NCBI GenBank assembly: GCA_963666515.2 | Contig: OY762897.2 | Coordinates: 2,016,001 to 2,080,000, forward strand | Direction of reading: 5' to 3' | Source of the DNA: Candidatus Binatia bacterium | Lineage (GTDB): Bacteria; Desulfobacterota; Binatia; UBA9968; JAJDTQ01 | Length of the DNA: 64,000 nt | Shown here: piece by piece, positions 28,162-36,662 of the stretch | Numbering within the stretch: the stretch's first letter is position 1 | Layout: each line of letters opens with the position of its first letter | The notes under the pieces: model-generated | Databases searched by the model: none | What the model was told of the DNA's origin: nothing | Seen by the model: only the letters and a program-made list of their open reading frames with translations | Position numbers and translations under genes: made by a program

Positions 28162-28244
28162 AATCAGTATTTACTACCACAGAAGAAAAGAGAGCCAGGG
28201 GCACAAACTCAACAAAAACAAGTACTTGGAAACAACAGCAGCGG

Positions 28245-28261
28245 TTGGCACTCTTTGTGCT
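28245..28261 (+). promoter_or_regulatory. sigma54 (-24/-12) promoter of pspABC
   Basis: TTGGCACTCTTTGTGCT: GG-N10-GC spacing, matches the TGGCAC-N5-TTGC consensus except for one base. Confidence 0.88.
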
Positions 28262-28319
28262 TTCTCCAGTACACAGCGGCACGGACACGTTCTCCGCGAA
28301 TTCCGAGGGAGGAAGTCAA

Positions 28320-28988
28320 ATGGGAATCTTTACACGCTTGAGCGACATCATCAGCTCGAACATCAACTCGATGCTGGACAAGGCCGAGGATCCGGAAAAG
28401 CTCATCCGGCTGATGATACAGGAGATGGAAGATACGCTGGTCGAGATCAAGGTGGCTTGCGCCCAGGCGATGGCGGCGCGCAAGAAGGTCGAGCGCGAGC
28501 ACGATGAAGCGCGGCGGCGCCACGACCAGTGGGCGGACAAGGCCAGGCTCGCCGTGGACAAGGGACGCGAAGACCTGGCGCGCGAAGCGCTGGTGGAAAA
28601 GCGGCGCTATCGGGAGCGCTCGGAGACCCTGGACAGCGAGGCGGTCCAGTGCACCGCCATCATTGAACAATACCAGTCGGACATGGCCCAGTTGGAAGAC
28701 AAGCTGGCGAAAGCGAAGGAAACCCAGCGCATCCTGGTGCAGCGCCACATTCAGGCGCGCAAGCGGAAGCGCGCCCAGACCGGGATCCGCAAGATGGGCA
28801 GCGCGGACACGATGCTGCGTTTCGAGCAGTTCGAGAACCGTATCGAGCGGATGGAGGCCGAGGCCGACCTGGTCAACTTCGCGCGCAAGCCGGATCTCGA
28901 TGAAGAGTTCGCCCGCCTGGGACAGGACGACGAGATCGAAGCCGAACTGCGGGCGCTCAAGGATGCCGCTCGGCGGTCCGATGTCTGA
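28320..28988 (+). CDS. pspA: Phage shock protein A
   Basis: MGIFTRLSDIISSNINSMLDKAEDPEKLIRLMIQEMEDTLVE; coiled coil. Confidence 0.96.
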   Translation: MGIFTRLSDIISSNINSMLDKAEDPEKLIRLMIQEMEDTLVEIKVACAQAMAARKKVEREHDEARRRHDQWADKARLAVDKGREDLAREALVEKRRYRERSETLDSEAVQCTAIIEQYQSDMAQLEDKLAKAKETQRILVQRHIQARKRKRAQTGIRKMGSADTMLRFEQFENRIERMEAEADLVNFARKPDLDEEFARLGQDDEIEAELRALKDAARRSDV

Positions 28989-29033
28989 GACGCGGCAGCG
29001 GTGTGTGCGGCTGAAACGCATGAGTGAGCGGGG

Positions 29034-29267
29034 ATGGCACCGGAAAGCATCATGGGAATAGTGTTGGGCGTGCTCGGGATCCTCTTGATCCTGGGCGCGG
29101 CCTTGATCGTCATGGTGGTATGGGCGATCAAGTCGCTCCGCGGCAACGGAGCCGGCGGCGATGAGGCCCAATTGATGCAAGAGCTCTACCAGGGGCTGAG
29201 CCGGCTCGAAGACCGCGTGGAATCCCTGGAGACCATTCTACTCGACAGAAAGGACAGAAACCCATGA
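29034..29267 (+). CDS. pspB: Phage shock protein B
   Basis: Single TM then RLEDRVESLETIL; position between pspA and pspC. Confidence 0.85.
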   Translation: MAPESIMGIVLGVLGILLILGAALIVMVVWAIKSLRGNGAGGDEAQLMQELYQGLSRLEDRVESLETILLDRKDRNP

Positions 29268-29656
29268 TTCGAGGCTATTCGAGGACTGCCCGCATCTATC
29301 GCTCACGTCGCGGCGTCATCCTGGGCGTGTGCCGCGGTCTCGCGGAACATCTGGACGTGCGGGTGTTGTGGGTCCGCGTGATCGCCGTCGTCCTGTTGAT
29401 CAGCACCGGATTCTGGCCGGTTGCCGGTCTCTATCTGCTGGCCGCCCTGGTCCTGAAGCCGGAGCCCGTGCTGCCCTTGCAGACGGAAGGAGAACAGGAC
29501 TTCTACAACAGCTACGCGCACTCGCGCACCATTGCGCTGAATCGCCTGCGCCGCACCTTCGGTCAGCTCGACCGCCGCATACGCCGCATGGAGAACATGG
29601 TCACCGACCGCGAGTACGACTGGGAACGAAGGCTGCGGACCGGAGAAAGGGAGTAG
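29264..29656 (+). CDS. pspC: Phage shock protein C
   Basis: IYRSRRGVILGVCRGLAEHLD PspC motif; RRMENMVTDREY. Confidence 0.92.
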   Translation: MIRGYSRTARIYRSRRGVILGVCRGLAEHLDVRVLWVRVIAVVLLISTGFWPVAGLYLLAALVLKPEPVLPLQTEGEQDFYNSYAHSRTIALNRLRRTFGQLDRRIRRMENMVTDREYDWERRLRTGERE

Positions 29657-29661
29657 TGGAC

Positions 29662-30348
29662 ATGATCGACGCATACTCGTGGCGCACCAGCAACGGGCGC
29701 AAGCTGCACATCGTGCTGGAGGAGCTGGATCTCGAATACCGCCTCCACCCCATCGACATTCGCAAGGGCGATCAATTCGAGCCGGAGTTCCTGAAGATCA
29801 GCCCCAACAACAAGATCCCGGCCATCGTCGACCAGGATGGCCCGGGCGGGAAGCCCTACCCGGTGTTCGAGTCGGGCGCCATCCTCATGTACCTGGCGGA
29901 GAAGACCGGCAAGCTCATGCCCCAGGAGGTGGAGCGCCGCTACGTGGTGATCCAGTGGCTCATGTTCCAGATGGGCGGCATCGGCCCCATGCTGGGACAG
30001 GCCAACCACTTCCGCGGCCAGGCGCCCGACAACGAGTACGGCGTGCGCCGCTACACCAACGAGGCCGGACGCCTCTACGGCGTCATGGACGGGCGATTGG
30101 CGGACCACGAGTACCTCGCCGGCGAATTCTCCATCGCCGACATCGCCTGCTATCCCTGGCTCCAGGGCCACGAGAAGCAGGGTCAGAACCTGGACGACTT
30201 CCCCCACGTCAAGCGCTGGTTCGAAGCCGTCACCGCCCGCCCCGGCGTCCAGCGCGGCCTCCAGGTCATGACCGACGTCCCAGTCACTCCCATGGATGAC
30301 AACGCGCGGGAGATCATGTACGGGGCGAGGCAGTACGAGAGGCGCTGA
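29662..30348 (+). CDS. GST Nu-class / YfcG-like disulfide oxidoreductase
   Basis: TSNGRK, ISPNNKIPAIVD, FESGAILMYLAEK, QWLMFQMGGIGPMLGQANHF, SIADIACYPW. Confidence 0.92.
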   Translation: MIDAYSWRTSNGRKLHIVLEELDLEYRLHPIDIRKGDQFEPEFLKISPNNKIPAIVDQDGPGGKPYPVFESGAILMYLAEKTGKLMPQEVERRYVVIQWLMFQMGGIGPMLGQANHFRGQAPDNEYGVRRYTNEAGRLYGVMDGRLADHEYLAGEFSIADIACYPWLQGHEKQGQNLDDFPHVKRWFEAVTARPGVQRGLQVMTDVPVTPMDDNAREIMYGARQYERR

Positions 30349-30408
30349 CGGGTATCGTGGTGCCGGCGTTGGGATGTAGGGCCGAAACCAGTGCAGAGAC
30401 GATTTTCG

Positions 30409-30417
30409 TGATATAAT
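30409..30417 (+). promoter_or_regulatory. Extended -10 promoter of the three-gene cassette
   Basis: TGATATAAT (TGn-TATAAT) 10 nt upstream of ATG 30428; no SD in between. Confidence 0.65.
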
Positions 30418-30427
30418 CGACTGACCT

Positions 30428-31135
30428 ATGCAGATCCAATTGCGGAAAGCAGAAAGGCAGAACCTTTCCATAACCTTTGAGTTGTCCCCCTTCATCACGG
30501 CGTGGGACTCCGCGGAGACAACGTTCATGGCCGCAGTTGTCCGCGAACTCGGCGACCTGCTCTCAGTTCGCCCGCGCGACTTCCACTCCAACGATTCTGC
30601 AGAGCTTGGGGAGTCCCGGTGCACGTACCGGATATTCGGCGGAGCGAGCACCGTTGTCCTCAGCCCAGAGACTCTGCAATTGAACTTTGGCAGTTTGGCC
30701 GAGGCCGATTATCCTACGGTCTACGAAATCGTCCATCGATCCATAAACATTCTGTCACGTGACCTCGGCTGCTATGCAAAGGATCATGTAACCATCAACG
30801 CGAGCGAGCACGTCCCAGCGGTAAACCACGGGGCTGTGGACAGCTATCTGGCTCAATTCGCTTGGAAGGAGCCGGCCGACATAGCGGCAGCCGACATCGA
30901 GATAGAATATAGTCCGGGCGCAAAAATCACACTGTCAGATAGACTGGGACGCTGGTCTTTACATCGCACCGTCGAAAAGTCGGTATTTCTAACCAACGGT
31001 GTCTTCGTTACTACGATGATACTGCTCCGCTCGAATCAGTTGACCCCGATTGAGGACCAACGCCAATTGTGGGTCCGAATCGACAGCTTGGGGGATCAAG
31101 CCATGGGACTGACGTATCTCGGGGAGGATCCGTAA
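30428..31135 (+). CDS. Hypothetical protein (size and beta-rich pattern reminiscent of the TIGR04255 family)
   Basis: 235-aa ORF in AT-richer DNA; TAATG overlap with next gene; family assignment tentative. Confidence 0.6.
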   Translation: MQIQLRKAERQNLSITFELSPFITAWDSAETTFMAAVVRELGDLLSVRPRDFHSNDSAELGESRCTYRIFGGASTVVLSPETLQLNFGSLAEADYPTVYEIVHRSINILSRDLGCYAKDHVTINASEHVPAVNHGAVDSYLAQFAWKEPADIAAADIEIEYSPGAKITLSDRLGRWSLHRTVEKSVFLTNGVFVTTMILLRSNQLTPIEDQRQLWVRIDSLGDQAMGLTYLGEDP

Positions 31136-31716
31136 TGGCACCACAGAATAGCAGCCTCGCGTACGATGTCTCTACGTTCGAAAGTGAGCGGGCAGAAAGA
31201 GAATACTCGAGCAGCAACCCAGGAATATCCCTACTAGGGATGCAGTCAGCGGCCTTACTCCATACTGCGTCACACCCCCCGCTTCGGTTGAGGTCTCATG
31301 CCCTGAACGGCAGGCCGGCCGATCCATGGCGACCGTTTCAGGAAACCGGGGGATTTGCAGAGCGTAGAGAGTGGTTCGACGCGGCTGTGGCTGAATTGAC
31401 CGATGTGGACAGAGAGGTAGCTGAAGAGGGACTGCCCGATATCTCTTCGGGCACAAAGGACCTCACCAGAAGAATCCTTGTCGCGTTGGCCCATCAGTCA
31501 ATCCCTCCAACTGTATATCCTACGGAAGACGGAGAAATTGCCCTGTACTTCAAGTCGCCGGTCGCGAAGTCATCAGTGTTGGTATTGGTGGGCAACGACG
31601 GACAAGGCGCCTGTTTCGCATACGTTAACGGGAAGAACCGTCGTGCTCGTTACGAGGATGCGTTGGACCTCCCCGAGTTCGCCAGGGAGCAGTTGCGGCA
31701 AATGGTAGGCGCTTGA
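31135..31716 (+). CDS. Hypothetical protein with PTVYPTEDGEIALYF motif (candidate antitoxin)
   Basis: GGAGG SD, ATG overlapping upstream stop; low-complexity N-terminus then globular domain. Confidence 0.65.
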   Translation: MAPQNSSLAYDVSTFESERAEREYSSSNPGISLLGMQSAALLHTASHPPLRLRSHALNGRPADPWRPFQETGGFAERREWFDAAVAELTDVDREVAEEGLPDISSGTKDLTRRILVALAHQSIPPTVYPTEDGEIALYFKSPVAKSSVLVLVGNDGQGACFAYVNGKNRRARYEDALDLPEFAREQLRQMVGA

Positions 31717-32132
31717 ACATACCGCTTCCCGACCTCCACGAGTCCGAAACGCTTGGACGGAGTGTCTTCTCCCGCGGACAAGCGAAGCGCGCTAGCAACG
31801 GCAAGGTCTTGCCTCACATTTTTCTCGAGAGCTTCGAAGCCGACTCGGTCTCAGTCGATCGGATAGATCACGCCCAACCGGCCGTCATGGCAGCAATTTC
31901 GGAGAAAATCGGACAAAATAGAAGGCCACCCAAGGACTTTTATGGTTGGGCAACCATCGAGGCAAGAGACGCAGCCGCCAACGGACGATCAGTGCAGGCT
32001 ACCCCTAACGAAGACAACATCTACCACGCCGACATCTTCCTGAATTTGCCGCACGACGGCGAACGGCGAGACGCGCAGAAACAACATGCTAACGAGTTGG
32101 CGGCGCGTGCGGGTTGGCGTGATGCGCCGTGA
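31713..32132 (+). CDS. Hypothetical protein, putative ADP-ribosyltransferase-fold toxin
   Basis: TTGA overlap; ETLGR (beta1 Arg), SVSVDR (SxS strand) and PNEDNIYHADI pattern like small ART/Tse2-type toxins. Confidence 0.55.
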   Translation: MNIPLPDLHESETLGRSVFSRGQAKRASNGKVLPHIFLESFEADSVSVDRIDHAQPAVMAAISEKIGQNRRPPKDFYGWATIEARDAAANGRSVQATPNEDNIYHADIFLNLPHDGERRDAQKQHANELAARAGWRDAP

Positions 32133-32272
32133 GGGAACCTGCGAAGCCACCTCCGGCAGGTCTGCTTTGGCGAAATGTTTTGGCCAGAAACGATAGACAA
32201 ATGCCGAGCGTTCCGATATCGTTTTTGCGTTGATGTACCCTCATGTCCCACCGGCACGTGGGGATCTTTATG

Positions 32273-32309
32273 AACGGGGCTGTGTTTCACGCCGCCCCGT
32301 TTCTGTTTT
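32273..32309 (+). terminator. Putative intrinsic terminator
   Basis: AACGGGGC-N13-GCCCCGTT hairpin followed by TCTGTTTT, between convergent genes. Confidence 0.55.
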
Positions 32310-32331
32310 GGGGACAAATGGCGACGCCCTA

Positions 32332-33474
32332 TTAGCGCCGGATCACCCGGAAGCGCGCCATGAAGCGGCTGTCGAGGTAGTCCTTGAAACGCCAGCACCA
32401 GCGGGCGTGGGCGGCCCATCCCTTGTAGTCCATCAGGGCCTTGCCGTCGCCGGTGTTGAGGAGCCTGAGGAAGTCATGCTGGGGTTCGTAGGGAGAGAGG
32501 GACTCGCCGCGCACCAGCGCGCCGATGTTGCGCCACAGAACCGGGCCCTGGCGGACGGCGTACACGCCGGCCTTGGGGACGGAGGCATCCGCCATGGTGC
32601 CGCTATCCCCTACGGCGAAGACACTATCCGAGCCGGTGGACTGGAGGGTGTCACGCGTCAGCAGAAAGCCGCGAGGGTCCTTCGGCAAGGTGGTGTTATC
32701 CAGTACGGAAGGCGGCGCTGCTCCGGCGGCCAGGATCACGAGGTCCGCGGGAATGCGGCGGCCGTCGGCGCACACCGTTTCCTGTGGGTCGACGCGGGTG
32801 ACACGGGTGCCCGTGATCACCTCCACGCCGCGGGTTGCCAGTAGCGCCTCCGCCCGGGGCAGAGCCCGTGGCGAAAGGCCGCTGCCGATGCGCTCTCCCG
32901 CGTCGACGATGGTGACGGTGTGGCGCACTTCACCCAGCACGCGGCGCAGGTAGGAAGGCAGGCAAAAGCTGATCTCGATGCCGCCGACGCCGCCGCCGAT
33001 GACCAATATCCGCAGTTCCTGACGATCCCGCCGTTCCAGTTCCTGGAGCCGTTCGTACAAGCGCATGAGGAACGTCTGCATGGGTTTGATGGGAACCCAC
33101 GCGCCAGCTTCCGAGTCGATTCCGGCGCGGTTGGGCACCGAGCCCACGCCCACGGAGAGGATGTCGTAGGGCACGGGCTCGTGCTTCTCGAAGAGGACGG
33201 TTTGCGCCTCCACGTCCACACCCACGGCCGGCTCCACCACCAGCTCGGCCCGTGCCGCTTGGGCGAGGCTGCGAAGGTCAATCTCGAGGGTGCCGGGGGT
33301 GTACTGGCCGGACAGAGCGCCGGGCAGCATGCCGGAATAGGTGGCGACGGCGAAGCTCGACACGCACACGAGGCGGGCGCCCGGAAGGGGGGCGCGCCGC
33401 CACATGTCCAGGACGTGGGCGTTGGTGTGGCCGATGCCGAGGAGGACGATCCGCGGCTCGTCAGAGAATCGCAC
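32332..33474 (-). CDS. FAD-dependent pyridine nucleotide-disulfide oxidoreductase (like the N-terminal domain fused to some SelD)
   Basis: LLGIGHTNAHVL, YSGMLPG, YDILSVGVGS, PIKP, IGGGVGGIE, FAVGD, PKAGVYAVRQG, LLNTGDG, WRFKDYLD; no SelD domain. Confidence 0.85.
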   Translation of the reverse strand: MRFSDEPRIVLLGIGHTNAHVLDMWRRAPLPGARLVCVSSFAVATYSGMLPGALSGQYTPGTLEIDLRSLAQAARAELVVEPAVGVDVEAQTVLFEKHEPVPYDILSVGVGSVPNRAGIDSEAGAWVPIKPMQTFLMRLYERLQELERRDRQELRILVIGGGVGGIEISFCLPSYLRRVLGEVRHTVTIVDAGERIGSGLSPRALPRAEALLATRGVEVITGTRVTRVDPQETVCADGRRIPADLVILAAGAAPPSVLDNTTLPKDPRGFLLTRDTLQSTGSDSVFAVGDSGTMADASVPKAGVYAVRQGPVLWRNIGALVRGESLSPYEPQHDFLRLLNTGDGKALMDYKGWAAHARWCWRFKDYLDSRFMARFRVIRR

Positions 33475-34072
33475 GGACGGACGGGCGCGCCGTCATGCGC
33501 TGGTACCACGCATCGAGCAGCGGCAGGCTCGGGTCCGGCAGGATGCCCCACTGGACGTGGCGCATGACCCGCGGGAAGTGGGCCGCATCGAGGAGCGAGA
33601 AGTCGCCGGCCATATAATCGCGGCCTTCAAGCTCCTTCTCCAGCGGTTGCAGTTCCTCGATGAAGCGGGCCTTGGCCGCGGCCAGGGCGCCGGCGTCGCG
33701 CTCACCCTCGGCCTTCATCATCTCGGCGCGGATGGCCTGATGGCTGTCGTTGGTGTGGACGATGCCGTAGTCGATGAGGATGCGGATGCGCGCGCGTGTG
33801 GAGGGGTCGGCGGGCAGCAGCGACGGGTCCGGGTACCTGTCCTCCAGGTACTCGTTGATGATGCAGGACTCGTAGAGCACCGTGTCGCCGTCCACCAGCA
33901 CCGGCACCTTGCCGTAGGGATTCATGGCGAGGTACTCGGGCGCCTTCTGCTCCCGCTTGCGCAGGTCCACGGGGACGGTCTCGTAGGACAGCCCCTTCTC
34001 TTCCAGCACAACCTTCACCCGCTGGCAGTTGGGCGAGGTCGCGAAGTCGTACAGCTTGATGGCGTCGCTCAT
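33461..34072 (-). CDS. Glutathione S-transferase family protein
   Basis: KLYDFATSPNCQRV, MNPYGKVPVLVDG, YESCIINEYLE, FSLLD. Confidence 0.92.
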   Translation of the reverse strand: MSDAIKLYDFATSPNCQRVKVVLEEKGLSYETVPVDLRKREQKAPEYLAMNPYGKVPVLVDGDTVLYESCIINEYLEDRYPDPSLLPADPSTRARIRILIDYGIVHTNDSHQAIRAEMMKAEGERDAGALAAAKARFIEELQPLEKELEGRDYMAGDFSLLDAAHFPRVMRHVQWGILPDPSLPLLDAWYQRMTARPSVRAIL

Positions 34073-34089
34073 ATCGGGCTCCTCTCGGT

Positions 34090-35571
34090 CTACTTTTGCC
34101 GGTGGCCGCGCACGACCCGGTCCAGTTCGTCCTTCCACCTGCCGGACACGGCGTCGTGGGTCTCCCTGTCGATTTGGCTCACCGCGGGGAACTGGTCTTT
34201 CCACTCGAAGGGCCGGGTGGCGTCGATGATGGCGCGGGAGTTTAGGCCCTTCTTGTCACGCGGGATGATGGGGTCCAGCGGGCCGCTCCAGGTGCGGCGG
34301 ATGATGTCGATGGACTCCTCGGGGTTGGAGCGGGTGCACATGGCCCACACCACCTCGTTCAGGTTGGTGATGTCCACGTCGTCGTCCACCACCACCACGT
34401 AGCGGCCGAGATAGGCCCCGGCGTGGCACTGGGCGGCCATGAGCGCCGCCTGCTTGGCATGGCCGGGGTAGCGCTGGCGGATGGAGACGACGATCATGAA
34501 GCGCTGGGCCGGCGGCGGCACGTACACCCCGACGACGTCCGGCACCCCGCCCCTCTCGACCCCGTTCCAGATCATGGCCGAGCGCAGCATGGAACGGTAC
34601 ATGCCGTGGATGGTGGGCCGGAACGGCGGCGCGCCGGTGAGGATGGGATCGTCCCGGTGATAGAGGGCCTTCAACTGCACCACCGGCTCGGCCCGCCGTG
34701 CGCTGGCGTAGTAGCCGGTCCACTCGCCGAAGGGACCCTCGGGACGGGTGTCGCCGGGGACGATCTCCCCTTCCACCACGATCTCCGCGGCCGCCGGCAC
34801 CCGCAGCCCGGTAAGCGGCGCCTCGATGACGCTCAGCGGCTGCTCCACCAGGCCGCCGGCCCAGGCGTACTCGCTCACGCCGGGGGGCACCGCCTGGGAG
34901 GCGGCCACGAACATCAGCGGGTGCTGGCCGAAGGCCATGGCCACCTGCACCGGCTTGCCCGCCCGGAGCGTCTTCTCCATGTGCATGCGGCCGTGCTTGC
35001 CCGGCGAGATGTAGAGCGCCAGCTTGTCCGCCTCGTGCACCATGACCCGGTAGCAGCCGACGTTCTCCTCGCCGGTCTCCGGGTCCCGCGTGACCACCAG
35101 GTGGGCGGTGCCGAGATAGCGTCCGCCGTCGCCGGAGTGCCAGCGCGGCACCGGGATGTCCAGGATGTTGATGTCCTTGCCGGTCTTGCGGTTCTCCATC
35201 ACCGGACCGGTCGCCAGCACGCGCGGCTCCAGGGGCTCTAGACCCGCCAAGCGCGTGCGAAGCCGGTCGATGACCTCGATGGTGCTTAGGTCCAGGGGCA
35301 GATTCAAGGTGAGCGCGGTGCGCTCCATGGTCTCCATCATGTTTGCGAGGACGCGGCCCTTGCCCTCGTGTTCCACCACGTCCTCGAACAGCAGCGCCGG
35401 CGGAGTCGGCGTGCGCTCACAGATGATCTCGTTGAGCGCGCCCACCTCCAGGTCCCAATGGGCGCCGGAGATGCGCTCCAACTGGCCGATCTCCTCCACC
35501 TGTCCGAGCCACACGCGCAGATCGTCGAAGGCGGTCAACTCGGCGTCCTGTATACGTTGCGGTCTTGCCAT
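34090..35571 (-). CDS. UbiD-family prFMN-dependent (de)carboxylase
   Basis: PALLFE, DGGRYLGT, NVGCYRVM, AEIVVEGEI, EGPFGEWTGYY, VVVDDDVD, AIIDATRP. Confidence 0.93.
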   Translation of the reverse strand: MARPQRIQDAELTAFDDLRVWLGQVEEIGQLERISGAHWDLEVGALNEIICERTPTPPALLFEDVVEHEGKGRVLANMMETMERTALTLNLPLDLSTIEVIDRLRTRLAGLEPLEPRVLATGPVMENRKTGKDINILDIPVPRWHSGDGGRYLGTAHLVVTRDPETGEENVGCYRVMVHEADKLALYISPGKHGRMHMEKTLRAGKPVQVAMAFGQHPLMFVAASQAVPPGVSEYAWAGGLVEQPLSVIEAPLTGLRVPAAAEIVVEGEIVPGDTRPEGPFGEWTGYYASARRAEPVVQLKALYHRDDPILTGAPPFRPTIHGMYRSMLRSAMIWNGVERGGVPDVVGVYVPPPAQRFMIVVSIRQRYPGHAKQAALMAAQCHAGAYLGRYVVVVDDDVDITNLNEVVWAMCTRSNPEESIDIIRRTWSGPLDPIIPRDKKGLNSRAIIDATRPFEWKDQFPAVSQIDRETHDAVSGRWKDELDRVVRGHRQK

Positions 35572-35591
35572 GGGTCACCTCTCGATTCGCG

Positions 35592-36599
35592 CTATTCCAG
35601 CTCCGTCAGGTCCCAGCTTGCGGGTGCGAACAGTTCCTCGGGGGAGAGGTTGCGCTCGCAGATCCCCTGGGCCTCGCAGTATTCGATGAACGTGTTGAGG
35701 ACGTCGCGGTTGGCGTCGAGGCCGTAGGGACACGGATCGCCGCCGAACACCGCGTGTTCCTGCTCCAGAGCGTGCTGCCGCCACGCCATCACGTTGCTCG
35801 GCATGTCGGCGAACCATTGTCGCGCCTGCCGCTTCGCCCGGCTGAACAGTTCGAAGAGGGCAGCAGGTACGTCCGGGTATTGCTCCACCACCGATTTCTT
35901 CACCGCCAGCACGTGCATGATCGGGAGTATCCGGGTCTTCTTGAAGTACTCCGCCTCGACGTCCCGGTAGTCCTCGAACAGGCGCTTCAGTGCCGGATCG
36001 GCCAGCAGCGGCGGAAGTTGCGTCTCCGTCACCCCCAGCATGTCCAGCCGTCCCTCGCGCAGCGCGCGCATGGCCCGCTCGGCGGCGCTCCCCTCCCCTT
36101 GCAGCACCTCGATGACGGCGCCGCCCGGAAGCGTCACCGAGGTGTCGGTAACGCCGTCGTCCCAGTGATGCAGCGACGCCGCGTGCCATTGGGAATTCTT
36201 CGGCGTCACGCCGTACTCGTCCGTGAGCATGCCCCGTATCCACACCGCGGCGGTCTGCACCCAGCGCAGGAAGCCCAGGCGCTTGCCCACGAGGTCCTGC
36301 GGCGCATCGATGCCCGCGTCGCGCCGCACCACGATGAAGCCGTGCCGGAACATGCGCGACGGGAACACCGGAATGCCGATGAAGTCGTTCTGGTTGCGCG
36401 ACGTGTAGTAGATCAGCTCGGCCAGGGACATCTCAGAGACGTCGAACTCGCCCCGGTACATGGCCGCGAACATGCCCTGCACGCTCACCTGCTCCACCGG
36501 CTCCAGCTCGATTCCGGGCGCGGTCAGGAGGCCGCGCAGAATGGCATTGGTGCCGTCGTAGTTGCGGCACGCAAGACGGAGGTGGCAGGGATCAGGCAT
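35592..36599 (-). CDS. 4,5-dihydroxyphthalate decarboxylase-like protein (periplasmic-binding-protein fold)
   Basis: LACRNYDGT, FDVSEMSL, IPVFPSRMFRH, QTAAVWIRG, LPIMHVLAVK, PYGLDANR. Confidence 0.85.
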   Translation of the reverse strand: MPDPCHLRLACRNYDGTNAILRGLLTAPGIELEPVEQVSVQGMFAAMYRGEFDVSEMSLAELIYYTSRNQNDFIGIPVFPSRMFRHGFIVVRRDAGIDAPQDLVGKRLGFLRWVQTAAVWIRGMLTDEYGVTPKNSQWHAASLHHWDDGVTDTSVTLPGGAVIEVLQGEGSAAERAMRALREGRLDMLGVTETQLPPLLADPALKRLFEDYRDVEAEYFKKTRILPIMHVLAVKKSVVEQYPDVPAALFELFSRAKRQARQWFADMPSNVMAWRQHALEQEHAVFGGDPCPYGLDANRDVLNTFIEYCEAQGICERNLSPEELFAPASWDLTELE

Positions 36600-36605
36600 G
36601 GGAAC

Positions 36606-36648
36606 CCGTTCGTCCTGAGCGTAGCGAAGCGGAGTCGAAGGACGCTGT
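36606..36648 (+). repeat. REP-like element (family C)
   Basis: CCGTTCGTCCTGAGCGTAGCGAAGCGGAGTCGAAGGAC, intergenic; second copy at 15731-15760. Confidence 0.75.
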
Positions 36649-36662
36649 TGCGACGCGGACCA

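Noticed and set aside
32332-33474. Calling this gene selD
   Set aside because: Only the FAD oxidoreductase domain is present; there is no selenophosphate synthetase domain
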